NCBI RefSeq assembly: GCF_004010195.1
Contig: NC_057718.1
Location: forward strand, 67,769,872 to 67,833,871
From: Chiloscyllium plagiosum
Taxonomy: Eukaryota
Direction: 5' to 3'
Length of the DNA: 64,000 nucleotides
Shown here: piece by piece, positions 24,188-37,224 of the stretch
Position numbering within the stretch: the first letter of the stretch is position 1
Layout of the letters: each line of letters begins with the position of its first letter
Made by a program: the position numbers and the translations under genes
Notes under the pieces: model-generated
Told to the model about the DNA's origin: nothing
Seen by the model: the letters and a program-made list of their open reading frames with translations, nothing else
Database searches by the model: none

Positions 24188-25624
24188 CTTAATTCCAATT
24201 ACATATATGTTTCAGATGCTAATTTAATCAAACATTAGGAATGCTATAATGTTTTTGTCCTACTTTGTTTAGTTTTAGCTTTATCCTTTAAGTTTTAATT
24301 AATTACACATGGTAATCATATGATAAAATATCACTTTTTATACAGTGTATTTTGCACAGTTTGACATATTTAAGTAAATTCCTTTTAAGTTTTATGCTAA
24401 TTAATAGATCAAGCTTAAATTCATTAAATGCTTATGATGAAATCATCAGAGTTCACCACCTTGGGCGTTGACATCAATTATGCTTCCTACACAAAAAGGC
24501 TATTGTGAACCTTTTAGCCTCCCTGCTCCTGGTCTTTATACTGTTCTGTTGTTCACTTTGCCCTTTAAACTGCTATGCTCCCAGCCTTGCACTTTATGCT
24601 GCTCTGCTCCAGAACTTGTGCTTCATGACACTCCGTTCCTAGTCTCACTGAATGCCAATCTTTACCCCACTCTGCTATCTGCTTTGTTCTTTCACTAGCT
24701 CCCAGCATAGTGATTTTATACTTTCAGAACTGTTGCTGCAAGCACAAGGTTTTAATTTTCAGGGGAATTTATCCTTTAATGGTTTTTCAGGACAACAGTT
24801 TGCTTTACTCCTTGTGTTCCTAGCCTGATGACTTTGGCAGATCACAGTCTGCTGTTTAGGCATAAATGCAGGCTTTGGTTCAAAGCTAATTGCCTGTTTG
24901 CATGTATTAATAATGTTATTGACAGTTAAATGGGTCTTCTCCGCTTATCTGCAAGCATGCGAAGGTCAAATAAATTCTAATGCCAAAATAGGCACCTTGC
25001 AGGTTGCCAACATAGCAGATCCTGGAATCAGAACAAAATTTGGGGGACAAAAACGGCTTTTCTATTTGAATGAACTATTAAATCCAACAACAAAATGAAC
25101 TGAAACCACATTTGTTTGCAGGACTTCAGAGCTAATGCATTCTTACATGAAGGAGGAATAGAAGTCATCAGAATATAAATCTAATCCTGGAATATTTGAC
25201 CATCCAATTTATTATACTTAAACCATTTTGAAAATAAGGACCTCAAATTAATATCCTCCAAGGCCAATTTTAGGCATCTTTGCATGTCAATTATTTTTAA
25301 TTGTTAAATTAAAACAATTAGATTAAAATTGTTATCTGCTGATCATTGCAGGCCTGAATCAGATGTGACTCTGATTCACCCTGCTTGTGCTTCAGAGCAT
25401 GCATGTGTTAGGTACTAGAAGCAAATCATTATCTGTGGAAGGATGCTTACTTCAAATTAAAAAGGAAGCTGCAAACTGTGTGCAACATAAAGCATTGAAA
25501 CAGGCTGTTTGGCTCAATACGCTGTCACGCTCCACACAATGCTATTTCTCATCTCTTTCTCTCCGCCCCCCCCCCCACGCCCTGTAAAACCGCTACCCCT
25601 TACTCCCATTTCCTCCACCTCTGC

Positions 25625-26630
25625 TGTTTTTACTCCCACGTGGAGCAATTCCACTCTAGAACATCCCAGATGGCTTCAAGGATTGCAATTTCCCCTCCCC
25701 TGTGGTCAACCATGCCCTCCAGAACATCATCTCCACTTCCCGCACCTCTGCCCTTGAACCCAACCCCTCCAACTGCAACAAGGATAGAATTCCCAGTCCT
25801 TATCTTCCACCCCAGCAATCTCCGGATACAATGCATCGTCCTCCGACTTATCTGCCACCTGAAGTCAGACCCCATCACAGAGATCTATTTCCCTCCCCAC
25901 TGCTGTCAGCATTCCACAAAGACTATTCCCACCATGACTCACTCGTTAGGTCCACACCCCTCACCAATCCACTCTCCAATCCTGGCACCTTCCCACTGCA
26001 AGAGATGTAAAACCTGGGCCCACACCGCCCCCCCCCATTCAAGTTCCAATCCCCCAAAGGATCCTTCCACATCGGACAGATTTTCCTGCACATGCAAACA
26101 TTGTGTCTACTGTGTCTGTTGCTCTCTATGTAGTCTCCTGTACATTGGGGAGACAGGATGCCAACTCGCGGAATGTTTCAGAGAACAGTTCTGGGACACA
26201 TGCACCAAACTTGTGGCTGACCACTTCAACTCCTCTTCCCACTCCGCCAAGGGCATGCAAGTCCTAGGCTGCCTCTCCCTCCAAACCCTAGCCACCCAAT
26301 GGAAACTGGAGGAAGAAGGCTTCATCTTCCATTTGGGGACCCTCCAACCACACTGCATCCATGTCGATTTCACCAGTTTCCTCATCTCCCCTTCCCCCCA
26401 CTTCATACCAGATCCAACTCTCCAACTCTGCACTGCCCTGTTGAACTGTCCCACCTGTCCAACTTCGTTCCCACCTATCCGCTCCACCCTCCGCTTTGAC
26501 CTATCACCATCACCCCCCCCACACACACACACACACACACCTCCAACCCCCTACATTCCTGATTGATTCTACTGCTCCTCGGATGCTTCATGACCTGCTG
26601 TGCTTTTCCACCACCACGCATTTAGACTAA
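25625..26630 (+). mobile_element. Neptune-type Penelope-like element, 3' part (GIY-YIG with Cys-rich linker) plus pLTR
   Basis: Translations include HCKRCKTW...CVYCVCCSLCSLLYIGETGCQLAECFREQ and VNHALQNIISTSRTSALEP. A pLTR end lies at 26570-26630. Confidence 0.85.
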
Positions 26631-26734
26631 AACACTTCTTATGGCTATGGCTACCATAGCTCTCAATATTTACTGCTAATTAAATAGTTTCTTGAGGTTT
26701 AGTCATTGCTGCATTTCCAATATTGCAACAATCA

Positions 26735-26925
26735 ACTTACACGCAGTAAGCCCTCACAGTTGGCAGTGTGACCAGAAAATCTGTTTTGAGATGTTGATTA
26801 AAGGATAAATATTGGCCGGGTCACTGTGCGAATTGATCTTTTATGACCACCTAATTAAACATAAGGGGTCTTGATTTAATGTTTCCCCCAAAATGCAGCA
26901 CTTAACAAATATCGCACTGGGGTGT
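26735..26925 (-). mobile_element. Deu-domain SINE fragment (SacSINE1/AmnSINE1-like)
   Basis: ggataaatattggcc...gatcttttatgaccacct...tttaatgt...tgcagcact...gcactgg matches the Deu domain as I recall it. Confidence 0.5.
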
Positions 26926-26999
26926 TGGTCTTATTTTTTCTGCCTTTCCCAGTTATCCCTTTTCATAATGTTCGATAACTCGAACAGGTGCTTGCTTAG

Positions 27000-28370
27000 C
27001 TTTTCCTTTTCCGGGAAGAAGAGCCCAAGTATACTCAGTCTTTCCAGTGAGAGTATATTCTCTTCATGTTGGTATCATCCTTTTGAGTCATTTTTCCACT
27101 TTCTGCAGTGCCTCAATACCACTTTTACAATACAGAGTCAGAACTGTGTGTGCAAGTGTGCTGCAAATTCAATATACTCTGAAAGCACTGTACTCTGATG
27201 CTTCTTGTTTTCTCTGTGGTCTTGTTAACTTGCACCACTATCTTAGTGATTTGCTAATTAGTATCCTGAGATCCCTTTGCTCCTCTTTCTGTTTTTACCA
27301 ATTTGAGTAAAGACTCTTGACTGCTCTTGTGCCTCCTGTTTGATAGTTAGTTCACTATTTATTCAGCTAATTGTCATGACTCCAACTCCTCTGACTTTAC
27401 TCATGAGTGGCATCTTTCAAAGGCCATTTGAAACTTCAAGTATACTGCACCTAGAGTATTATCCTTCTCTTAATCTTTACTTCTTCAAGGAATTTAAACA
27501 AGTTAATCAAGCATTTATTTTTCCTTTTGAAATTTGTGCTGCATGACTTTGATTATATTTTAGGTTGCTTGGTGTTTTTCTATTGCATCTTTAAGATTCC
27601 GTTCCTGCCAGCAGTGTTAAACAAACTATCCTATACTTTTCTGGATATACAGCCAAGGAACATGAGTAGGCCTCTCAGCCTTCATGCTTGCTCTACCTTT
27701 CAATGAAATAGTCTTTCCCTAGATTTGATGCTCAATAACCACAACTTTACACATTCCTGCGTGTCCCTGATAACTTTTCATCCCCTTAGTGATTAAGAAT
27801 CTATCTATTTCTGCCTAAAGATTTTAGGATTGTGCATCCATTGTCTTTTGAGCAAGAGAATTCCAAAGATTCTCAATCTCCAAGAGAAAATGGTTCCTCA
27901 GCTGTTTTAAGTGGGCGCCCTCTTACTTTAAACTCTGTCATCTAGTTTTAGATTCTCCCACAAGAGGAAATATTCTTGTGCTCTTTCAACATCCACCCAG
28001 TCATGTCCCCAGAGGATTTTATGTTTCAATTAAGTCACTCTTCTAAACTCCAGAGGATATAGCCAGACTTGTCTTTCAATTTTATTCCAGGTAGTCTAAA
28101 CCTCCTTTAAACTGCTTCCAAGGTATTAACATTGTTCTGTAAGTATGGTAATCACTAAAGCACACAGTATGCCAGGTACAATCTCATCAATGCTTTGTAC
28201 AATTGAAGCATAATCTCCCTAATTTTATATACAATTTCCCTCACAATAAACCATAACATTCTATTTTTCTGATTACTTGCTGAATCTGCAAACCAACATT
28301 TTGCAATTCATGTACTTTGATCTCTGCATTTCATTGCTGTGCAACCTCTCAACATTTAGATAATACGCTG
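27000..28370 (-). mobile_element. Highly decayed CR1 LINE fragments
   Basis: CR1 3'-type motifs (gagaattccaaagattc, ctagttttagattctccc). Confidence 0.55.
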
Positions 28371-29615
28371 CTTATTTAGTATATTGCAATTTAGAAATAT
28401 AAGGATGAAAATATGAAAGGGAAAGAAGAAATATTAAATAGGTGCAGCTGGATCTGACAGCATATGAAGCTCAATTGCATGGTGAAGGACGAACAGACCT
28501 TTTTTCCACTTTGTAGCAGCTACTGGATATGATATATATTACCAGCATTTTCTGTTAATGTCTTGTGAAAAACATTGGGAGAGTTGGGTTTCTTAGATTA
28601 CAAAAAAAAATTATTACAGAAGCCTTGTTCTAATTAACCGAATGAAATTTGGAAAGGAGCAACTGATAATGAGTTGATTCAACAGCTTACTATAATACCT
28701 TCGGCGGCAGCATGTGGATTTGATCCTTTATTTTTCTTTGAGAGCAGAGTAACAATAATAATAATAAAACAACAATAATTCTTTGCATTGGTCTTAGAAC
28801 ATTGCAATGTAGTCCAGAAACCAACAATGCAATGTCTAGAATGAAACTTGGTACTAATTGTAAAGGGAAAACAAATCAATACATGATGAGACTTTGCAGT
28901 ATTGATTTTAAAAAGGTTTTGGTGGGATGCTGTTCCTCCAGATCAGATTTTCGTGCAGTGGTATTCATATCCTCATTTAGTCAGTGGATATTAAATACTG
29001 TGAGTTTGAAGTCTTAAGATCTTAAATGATTATTAATATGAGTGATGTTTGCTTTTTGTGGCTTATCTTCTTCATGAATTTGTGATTAGTTATATTTTGC
29101 CAAGTGTTGCAAGTGTTATTTAATCCCGAGGTAAGTTTGTTTTACCAGGTACAGTTTCCCAAGCGTGTTAGCACAAGTACTGATGTCTGTGATTTTTGAC
29201 ACTTCATGTTGGATGGAAACTCCCTTGCATTTGATCTTACTACCTAGCATTCAGTGCCAAGATTGCTATAAACAGTCTTTTTATAAGCAAGGAACCTAAA
29301 GTTGTATGTTGACGTAGTGACTGTATCACTGAACCAGTAATTCAGGAGCTCAATGATACAGAGGCATGAGTTCAGTTATCACCATAGTAGTTGGGGGATT
29401 TAAATTTATTTAATTAAATTTTGAATAAAACCTAGTTTCAACAATGGTGAAACTACTTGTTTGGGAGAGGGTCAGTGCAACTTTAGAAGTTAAGAGATTA
29501 CGGGAGTATTATTTAGATAACAATGTCCAGAGTGGGACAGGAAGATAATGGTGTACAAACAGAAAAACTGCAGTAAATATTTAGGGTGTAGGTTTGCTCG
29601 CTGAGCTGTGGGTTT

Positions 29616-29665
29616 GGTATCCAGACGTTTCATTACCTGGCTAGGTAACATCATCAGTGGCGACC
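29616..29665 (-). ncRNA. Minimal type I hammerhead ribozyme (intact core)
   Basis: ggtcgcca-CTGATGA-tgttacct(agcc)aggtaat-GAAAC-GTC-tggatacc. Stem I is cca/tgg, stem II is ttacct/aggtaa, ACGT is palindromic, and the cleavage triplet is GUC. Confidence 0.85.
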
Positions 29666-30695
29666 TCCAAGTGAAGCGAAGCTGTTGTTTCCTGCTTTCT
29701 ATTTATGTTTGTCCTGGATGGGGTTCCTGGGGTTTGTGGAAATGTCATTTCCTGTTCGTTTTTTGAGGGGTTGATAGATGGCATCTAGAACTATGTGTTT
29801 GTTTATAACATTGTGGTTAGAGTGCCAGGCCTCTAGGAATTCTCTGCCATGTCTTTGCTTAGCCTGTCCCAGGATAGCTGTGTTGTCCCAGTCGAAATGG
29901 TGTTTTTTTTCATCCGTGTGTAGGGCTACGAGGGAAAGAGGTTCGTGTCTTTTTGTGGCTAACTGGTGTTCATGTATCCTGGTGGCTAACTTTCTTCCTG
30001 TTTTTCCTAGTAGTGTTTGTGGCAGTCCTTGCATGGAATTTTGTAGATGACGTTGGTTTTGTCCATAGGTTGTACTGGGTCTTTTAAATTTGTTAGCTTT
30101 TGTTTGAGAGTGTTCGTGGGTTTGTGTGCTACTAGGATTCCGAGGAGTCTTAGTAGTCTGGCAGTCATTTCTGAGACTTCTTTGATGTATGGTAAGGTGG
30201 TTAGGGTTTCTGGTTGTGTTAGGTCTGCTTGTCATGGTTTGTTCCTGAGGAATCTGCGGACTGTATTTTTTGAGTATCCGTTCTTCTTGAATACGTTGTA
30301 TAGGTGGTTCTCCTCTGTGTTCCGAAGTTCGTCTGTGCTGCAGTGTGTGGTGGCTCGTTGGAATAGTGTTCTGATACAGCTTTGTTTGTGTGTGTTGGGA
30401 TGGTTGCCGGTGCACTTAAGTATTTGGTCAGTGTTTGTTGGTTTTCTGTATACGCAGGTTTGTAGTTCTCCGTTGTCCTTTCTTTCGACTGTGATGTCCA
30501 ACAAAGACATGCCAGAGAATTTCTAGAGGCCTGGCACTCCAACCACAATGCCATAAACAAACACATAGTTCTAGATACCATCTATCAACCCCTCAGAAAA
30601 CGAATAGGAAATGACATTACCACAAACCCCAGGAACCTCATCCAGGACAAACATATAAATAGAAAACAGGAGACAACAGCTTTGCTTCACTTGGA

Positions 30696-30745
30696 GGTCG
30701 CCACTGATGATGTTACATAGCCAGGTAATGAAACGTCTGGATACC
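30696..30745 (+). ncRNA. Minimal type I hammerhead ribozyme (sense to ARID1B)
   Basis: ggtcgcca-CTGATGA(30704-30710)-tgttacatagccaggtaat-GAAAC-GTC-tggatacc, with one mismatch in stem II. Confidence 0.8.
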
Positions 30746-31059
30746 AAACCTACAGCTTAGCGAGCAAACCTATACCCTAAACCTCATCCTGAGCTACAAA
30801 CCTTCACAAACCTTGCAAAAAGCAGTAAATATGCTTATAGAAGGGAAAAGGTGGTAAAAAGGCAAAATTAGTGGCTCTTTAATTGAATGTGTATAGTATT
30901 TGTAACAAAATAAATGATTTAATGGTGTAAATGGGTATGATCTTATAGTGGTTGCAGAGACATATAAAGTAATGATTTGTCTGGTTAGCATGCGAAACAA
31001 TATTTTTCATACTATCTCAGTACATATGAAAAATATAAATCAAATAAACAAAGATCAAA

Positions 31060-31970
31060 GCTGGGAACTAAATTTTGGATTCTACACTGGGGCCAAACTT
31101 ATTTACAATATATATTAATTATTTAGATTAGGAAAGTGAATGTACAATAGCCAAGTTTATGGATACACCTAAAGTAAATGGGAAGAAAATTGGTAAGGAT
31201 GATAAAACATCCACAGAGGGATACATACAATTTAAATGCTTGGGCACAAATTTGGCATATGGAATAAAATAAGATGTTATGCACTTTGACAGAACAAAAT
31301 AAAGGAATTGAATATTATTTAAATAGAGAAAGGCTATAGAAAGCGCAGTGTAATTTTGGAATCCTCGTGCAGAAATCACAAAAAAAAGTAATGCACGTTC
31401 AGCAGAGAACAAGGAAAGAAAATGGAAACTTGGCCTTAATTTCAAAGGGAATAGAGTACAAAAATAGGAATGTCTGGCTAAAGCTATACAATGCTCTAGT
31501 CAGGCCACAGCTGCAATACTGTGAACAGTTTTAGGCTCCTTATCTAAGGAAAGACACACTGTCATTAGAGGCAGTTCTCTAGGCCGATCCAGGTATTTGA
31601 GAGGGAACTGTCTTTTGAGGAGCAGCTGAGTAGATTAGTCTTGTGTTCATTGGAGTTTAGGAGACAGAGAGGTGACCTTATTGATACATACAAGACTGTT
31701 AGGAGAGACAAAAGGGTAGATTTGGAAAGATTGTTTGCCCTGTGGGAGAACCTAGGACCAGAAAGAAGATTCTCAAAATAAGGGTTAGCATGGAGGCTAG
31801 GTCATTAAAGATACACCAAGGCTGAAATAGACAGTTTTTTTCATCATTAAGGGATTTAAGGGTTATGGGACAGAAGCTGGAAAGATCAGTTTAGCTGTGA
31901 TCTTGTGTGAATGGCAAAACTGACTCAATGGGCTGAATGGTGCACTTCTGCTCCTCTGTCTTATGGTCTT
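31060..31970 (+). mobile_element. Decayed CR1 LINE (RT C-terminus to 3' end)
   Basis: gccaagtttatggatacacctaaa (KFxDxK-like), the YxxLVRP region, and a tail cttctgctcctctgtcttatggtctt. Confidence 0.7.
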
Positions 31971-34446
31971 GTTGTGAAATCCGATCTGCTTCACCTAAAT
32001 TGTAAGGAATTACCTTATTGGCTTATGTGATTTCTAATCCACAGTAGTGTTGTTCACTATTAATTGCCCTCTGAAATGATCTAGTAAAGGACTCTGTCCT
32101 ACCAAGCTACCAAGACAAAGTATGATAAATTCTGGTTAAATTTCAAAGTTTCAAGAAAATGGCTTACAATGCCTTCAAAGGACAATTAGGGATAGACAAT
32201 ACATGCAAGTTTCATCAACTGTCTCCACATCCTTCAAACGAATTAAAGAGAAAATGAATGGCTCCAACTTTGAGATTCAGAGCAATAAAATCGTAACGTA
32301 GGTCTCTGATGCTGTTGATATCTGTCAGCACTCTATGGAAGTTCTGCAATGGACATGTATACTGTATTTGCGCGCCTGGGAAAAATTATATTTCTGATGG
32401 GCTGATTTCTACTGCCTAGGAAACTATGTGGAAGTCTCAGACACTCACACATATGGCCTGGATGCATGCCCTGGAAATGTTATGCTAGTTATGTTTTGGT
32501 ATAACTCGGTGATAAATCAGAGTAACTGAACTAAGCTTCCTGAGCCCCTCTTCCAACCGTCACCACCACCTAATTGCCTCTTCCTAACCTGATCCAATAA
32601 CAAACCCCCAGATTATCCAGTCCATCCTTCCACTTACTGCTATTCCACTTGCTAACTTGCCTGCTTGCCAAATCACTTGCCAGTCCACCAAGTAGAATTG
32701 AGACCTGTTCGTGATTGCTCCACTCTTGTGGAAACATTCAGTCAATGGGAAAAGAGGCAGCATGTTAGATGCTAGTTGCAGGGTAATGAGGTGAGGTGAA
32801 CTGCACAAACGCATACAGGAATATACACTTGCCTGTCTCATCATGGATGTACTGCTGTGTCAAGATTCTGGAACTCCTTCCCTACAATATTGCAGGTTTT
32901 CTTGCACCTCGAATACTGTGGCTCACCATCATCATCTCCATTGAAATTAGGATGGGAAAAAAATGCTGGCTCAGCAAATGATGCCCATATTTTGAATGAA
33001 CCTTTTAAAAACGTCCTTCCGTAGGCCAGTGTAACCTCACTCCTCCTTTTCTCTGGAAGAGCAGCCTTGGAAGCTCACATCCAATCTAGCTGCTTGCAGA
33101 TGTAAAATGCCTAGTGGATTCCTAGTCACAAACCAAAGTTTGCAAGACTACTGTCTGGAACTCAATAGTGAGCAGTGATTTAAGTTCCACGAAGGAGGCC
33201 AGACATTCATTGAAAGATTGCATGATTGAAAAATTCTGCTGCATAACTCCATAAATGTTCAAGCTGAATTCCACCATCCCCAGTCCCAAGTGATGAATAG
33301 ATGTATGTATTTAACACGATTGGTGCTGCTTATCCTCCTGCATTGACCTCTTAATTGATGGTTCCCCAGCTTCAGCATCTTTGTTTAGCAGGGCTTGATG
33401 AGGATAGCACCCTCTGAGATGTCTTCTCTATGGATGTCCATGAAACCATTATCTGCTGCTTGAATCACCAGATAACATTCTACTTGCCAACAATGTATCC
33501 TATCCCTGTTGGTGCCTGCAGTACACAATGGTGGGCCCCCAGGAATGCTCTTCTCTGTGAAGAAAACCCATTTTTTTTGAGAATGATGACCAGCTTTGCT
33601 CTAAGCTGTAGAGCATAAGATTCTCCAGACAACCTGTGCACAAATCAGTTTTATAAATTAGCAAGTGAGTGCCCATGAAAAAAAAAGGGTTACAAACTTG
33701 GAGATGAGATCAGTCTAATTTAAATATATTTCTGAATATTGAAATATGCAAGTTTATACAGTATATGTCCAACTCAAGTTGACTTTGGGTCTTGGGGAAC
33801 TATGAATTATAAGAATTTTTCTTTATTTGTTCATAGGATGTGGGTGTCACTTGCTAGAGCCGTTATTGCCCAGAGCGCATCTGAGTCTCACACATTGTTT
33901 TGAGTCTGAAATCATATGTAGGTTAGATTGGGTAAGAATGGCAGATGAATTAAAGAACATTAGTGAGTCAGTTGGGTTTTTACATCAATTGGCAATGCTT
34001 TCAAGATGTCCATTAGGCTGACTTTTTATTCCAGATTTCACACTATGCCTTTTTGGAGATAGCAAGTTACTTTTTCCCCATTGAGAGCCATTTAAAGCAT
34101 TCTCCTTTCAATCAGCTATCTTCTAAGCTTCAAACTTGCTAATCTGCTTTGTCTCTGAACCTGGTGCAGCTATGAAATAATTGAGATAAAATCATGTCAT
34201 GTATACCTTGGACCTGTTTGCAGATAGGGGAAAATGTGAAACCTGAAAGTAAACTGGTAACTCATCAACCTCAGTGAAATTAGACTTTCCAAATCCATGA
34301 CATTTTGCCGAGTAACACTTCAAAGTTTGAAATCACACTCTGGATTGTGATTATTAGAATGTGAAGATTTTTAAAAATGTGACTACAGTATATGTGGTTC
34401 AAGTGTGCACATATCTCCAAAATCTTGGTTGCATATTTATAGTGAT

Positions 34447-34673
34447 TGTAATGAGGTCAGCTGGGTAGATGTCTTAAAATGTGAGTTCCCTGATTGGGAC
34501 TATTAATCTGGTCCAATCAGGGAGCCCTGGCTGACAGTTTTTTAAAAGCGAGTGTTCCACATTCTGACACTCTTGAGGATTGGCTCTGAGGGAGCTGGGC
34601 CAATGTCAAGGGCTTTCCATGTGTAAATAAAGGGTGACTTGGTGACAGGATACTGGTCTCTGGAGTTATTTCA
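34447..34673 (+). mobile_element. Solo-LTR-like element (TG...CA, ~227 bp)
   Basis: Starts tgtaatgaggtcagc. Contains an inverted CCAAT pair (tccctgattgg...ccaatcaggga), a decayed TATA (~34541) and AATAAA (~34626). Ends gagttatttca. Confidence 0.6.
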
Positions 34674-36163
34674 TTCCTTACAAGTTTTGGAAGTATGTTG
34701 CTGTATTGTATTGCTTTGTAGTGTGTGGTAATCTATTTTTAAAACCTGTATTCTTCTGTTTATGAGGTTAAAAACTGCAAAATAAATTCACTCACTTCGG
34801 AAATTTGATTTATTTTGTTAAAGTTGTGGCACAAACATGGATGAAACCAGTTAGAACTCAATAATATCACCTGTTTGTTTTGAGAAGATTTGTAGCTCAA
34901 CTTGAGGTTCTTCCAGCTGACTGAGCAAATCTACATCCAGAATATTACCTGTTGTTGGTTATCAGTCAAAAAAAAAATCTACTACTGGGTTGAATTGAAT
35001 GAAAATAGACATTTTGGCATAAATTATAGGAAATCTCAGGAGATGACTTTGGCTAGCAAGGATGAGCAAGGTGAGAAACAGTCTGTTTGTAAATACTTGA
35101 ATGCTTTCAACAAATTTGTTAAATATTAGAATGAATTGGAAAGGCTCGTGACTGGCCAAATACAGCAAACATTGTGTAACAGTTTTCTGAAACTGGCATC
35201 TGTCAAGACACATTGAGTTATTCTTTTTCCCTCATGTTTCCTGGGAATCCTATAATGCATTTTGTCCTGTTGATATTGATCTGCGTCAGTGTGATTTAAT
35301 TTGAGATAATTGTCTAGCATATAGTGGAATTTCAACATAGTATAGTCTTAAATTCATAGGTACTGCAAGCAAGGTGTGTTGCATGGCTTCCTTTGGCATT
35401 GTAAATTTTATATATATTTCTGTTTGGACGGCCATTTAGGCCATTATGTCTTTAACAGCACTGGTCCTGCAATATGTGCTAGCCATTCTAATGCTCCTTT
35501 AATTCACTGACTTCATACTTTTCATACCTGCATATTTCTTTTCTTTCTCAAAGGCTTTATCTTTTATAACTGAGTACTGGTTTGGTTAGTGAAAAAACTA
35601 TAATAGAATGTTAACCATGATAGAAAAGGAAAAAAAATTGAGCTTCAGTTGTATTGCGCCTCTCACACGTTATCTGGAGGATTGCTTTCAGTTTTTTGGT
35701 GAAACTTCTCAGAAAGGATAAATTCGTCTTGGACAGAATTCAGCACAGATTTACCAGCATTACCATATATATTTTTATAAAAGTCGATCCCATGACTTTT
35801 GCCTTTAGAAATGTGATTTCTCATATGTCCTATGTTAAGTTTAACCCAGTTTTTCAGGGATCAAATTGTGTCGTGGTGATTAATTAATTATTGGAAATTA
35901 TTATGATCAATTATAAGCATGAGTAGGCGCAGCTAGATTTGTTTTCCCTGCCAATTATAGCAGTAATCTCTCACCCAGTAACATGACTAATGTGCACATA
36001 CAAACATCATGCAAAATTTACAAGTTAAAACCAGGAGTCAGTTACTCAGCCCTTAAAACACGTCCACCATTCACTAAGGTCATGGCTAATCATGGCTTAC
36101 ATTATGGTCTGCTTTTGGTAACTTTTAACCCCCTGGTCTATCAAGAATTTTTCTACGTTTGAT

Positions 36164-36445
36164 TCAGTGGTTAGCACTGCTGCTTCACAGTGCCAGGGAA
36201 CTGGGTTCAATTCCACTCTTGGGTAACTGTCTGTGTGGACTTGGCATATTCTTCCCATGTCTGCATATGTTTCCTTCCAAAGTCCAAAGATGTGTAGGTT
36301 TGGTGGATTGGCAGTGCCAAATTGCCCATAATGTCCAGGGATGTGCAGGTTAGGTGTGTTAGCCATGGTAAATACAGAGTGATGGAGTAGGGGTGTGGGT
36401 CATTGTGGACTCAATGGGCTGAATGGCCACTGTAGGGGCTCTGTG
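36164..36445 (+). mobile_element. HE1-type SINE (diverged)
   Basis: cagtggttagcactgctgcttcacagtgccaggg...gggttcaattcc. Confidence 0.8.
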
Positions 36446-37224
36446 AATGTATGTCTTCTATGGCTTAAAAGTATGTTCAAATGCCATGCTTCCACTGACT
36501 TTTCAGGAAGAGAATTCCAAAGACACTAAACCGTAAAAGAAAAAAAAATCTCATCCGTATTAAATGGCTGACCCTTTATTTTTAAGCAGTGACCCCTATT
36601 TCTAGATTCTTCCACAAAAGTAAGTATTCTTTGTAGATGCAGTCTATCAAGACCCCTCAGATCTTTTATGTTTCAGTCAAAACACTTCTTACTCTTCTAA
36701 ACTCCTTTGAATACAAGGCAGCATGTGCAACTTTTCTTGATGAAATAATTCAAAATGTTAGTTCAGTAAATCTTCTTTAAAATGCTTCCAACACATTTAT
36801 GTCCTTCCTTAAATAAGAAGACGAGTACTGTACACAGTACTCTGGTTATCTCACCAATACCCCATATAACTGAAGCATAACCTCCATACTTACAAGGGGA
36901 TTAAATACAGCTTTGTATTAGCTTTCCTAATTACTTGCTATACCTGTACACTACCATTTTGCGATTCATGCTTCACGACATCCAGGTGCCTCTGCATCTC
37001 AGAGCTCTGCAAACTTTCAGCATTTGGGCAAAAATGCTTTTTTTGTTACTCCTGCCAAAATAGACAATTTCACATGTTCCCATATTATACTCTATTTGCC
37101 AAATCTTTGTCCACTCACTTAACCTTTGTAGCTTCCTTGTGCCCTGTTCACAACTTACTTGCTCACTTACAAATTTACCAATTATGTGTTTGGTCCCTTC
37201 AACCCAGTCATTCATATCGCTAGA

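Larger units (their letters stand above)
29581..30821 (-). mobile_element. Penelope-like element, 5'-truncated (RT thumb + GIY-YIG), with inverted pLTR duplication and 11-bp TSD
   Basis: Translations include LDITVERKDNGELQTCVYRKPTNTDQIL and GKTGRKLATRIHEHQ...REFLEAWHS. Arms 29581-29857 and 30502-30780 are inverted copies. TSD GCAGTAAATAT at 29570-29580 and 30822-30832. Confidence 0.92.

Noticed and set aside
25640..26566. 308-aa ORF as an intact or domesticated gene
   Set aside because: It is a mosaic of shifted frames of a decayed Penelope element, with degenerate GIY-YIG residues.
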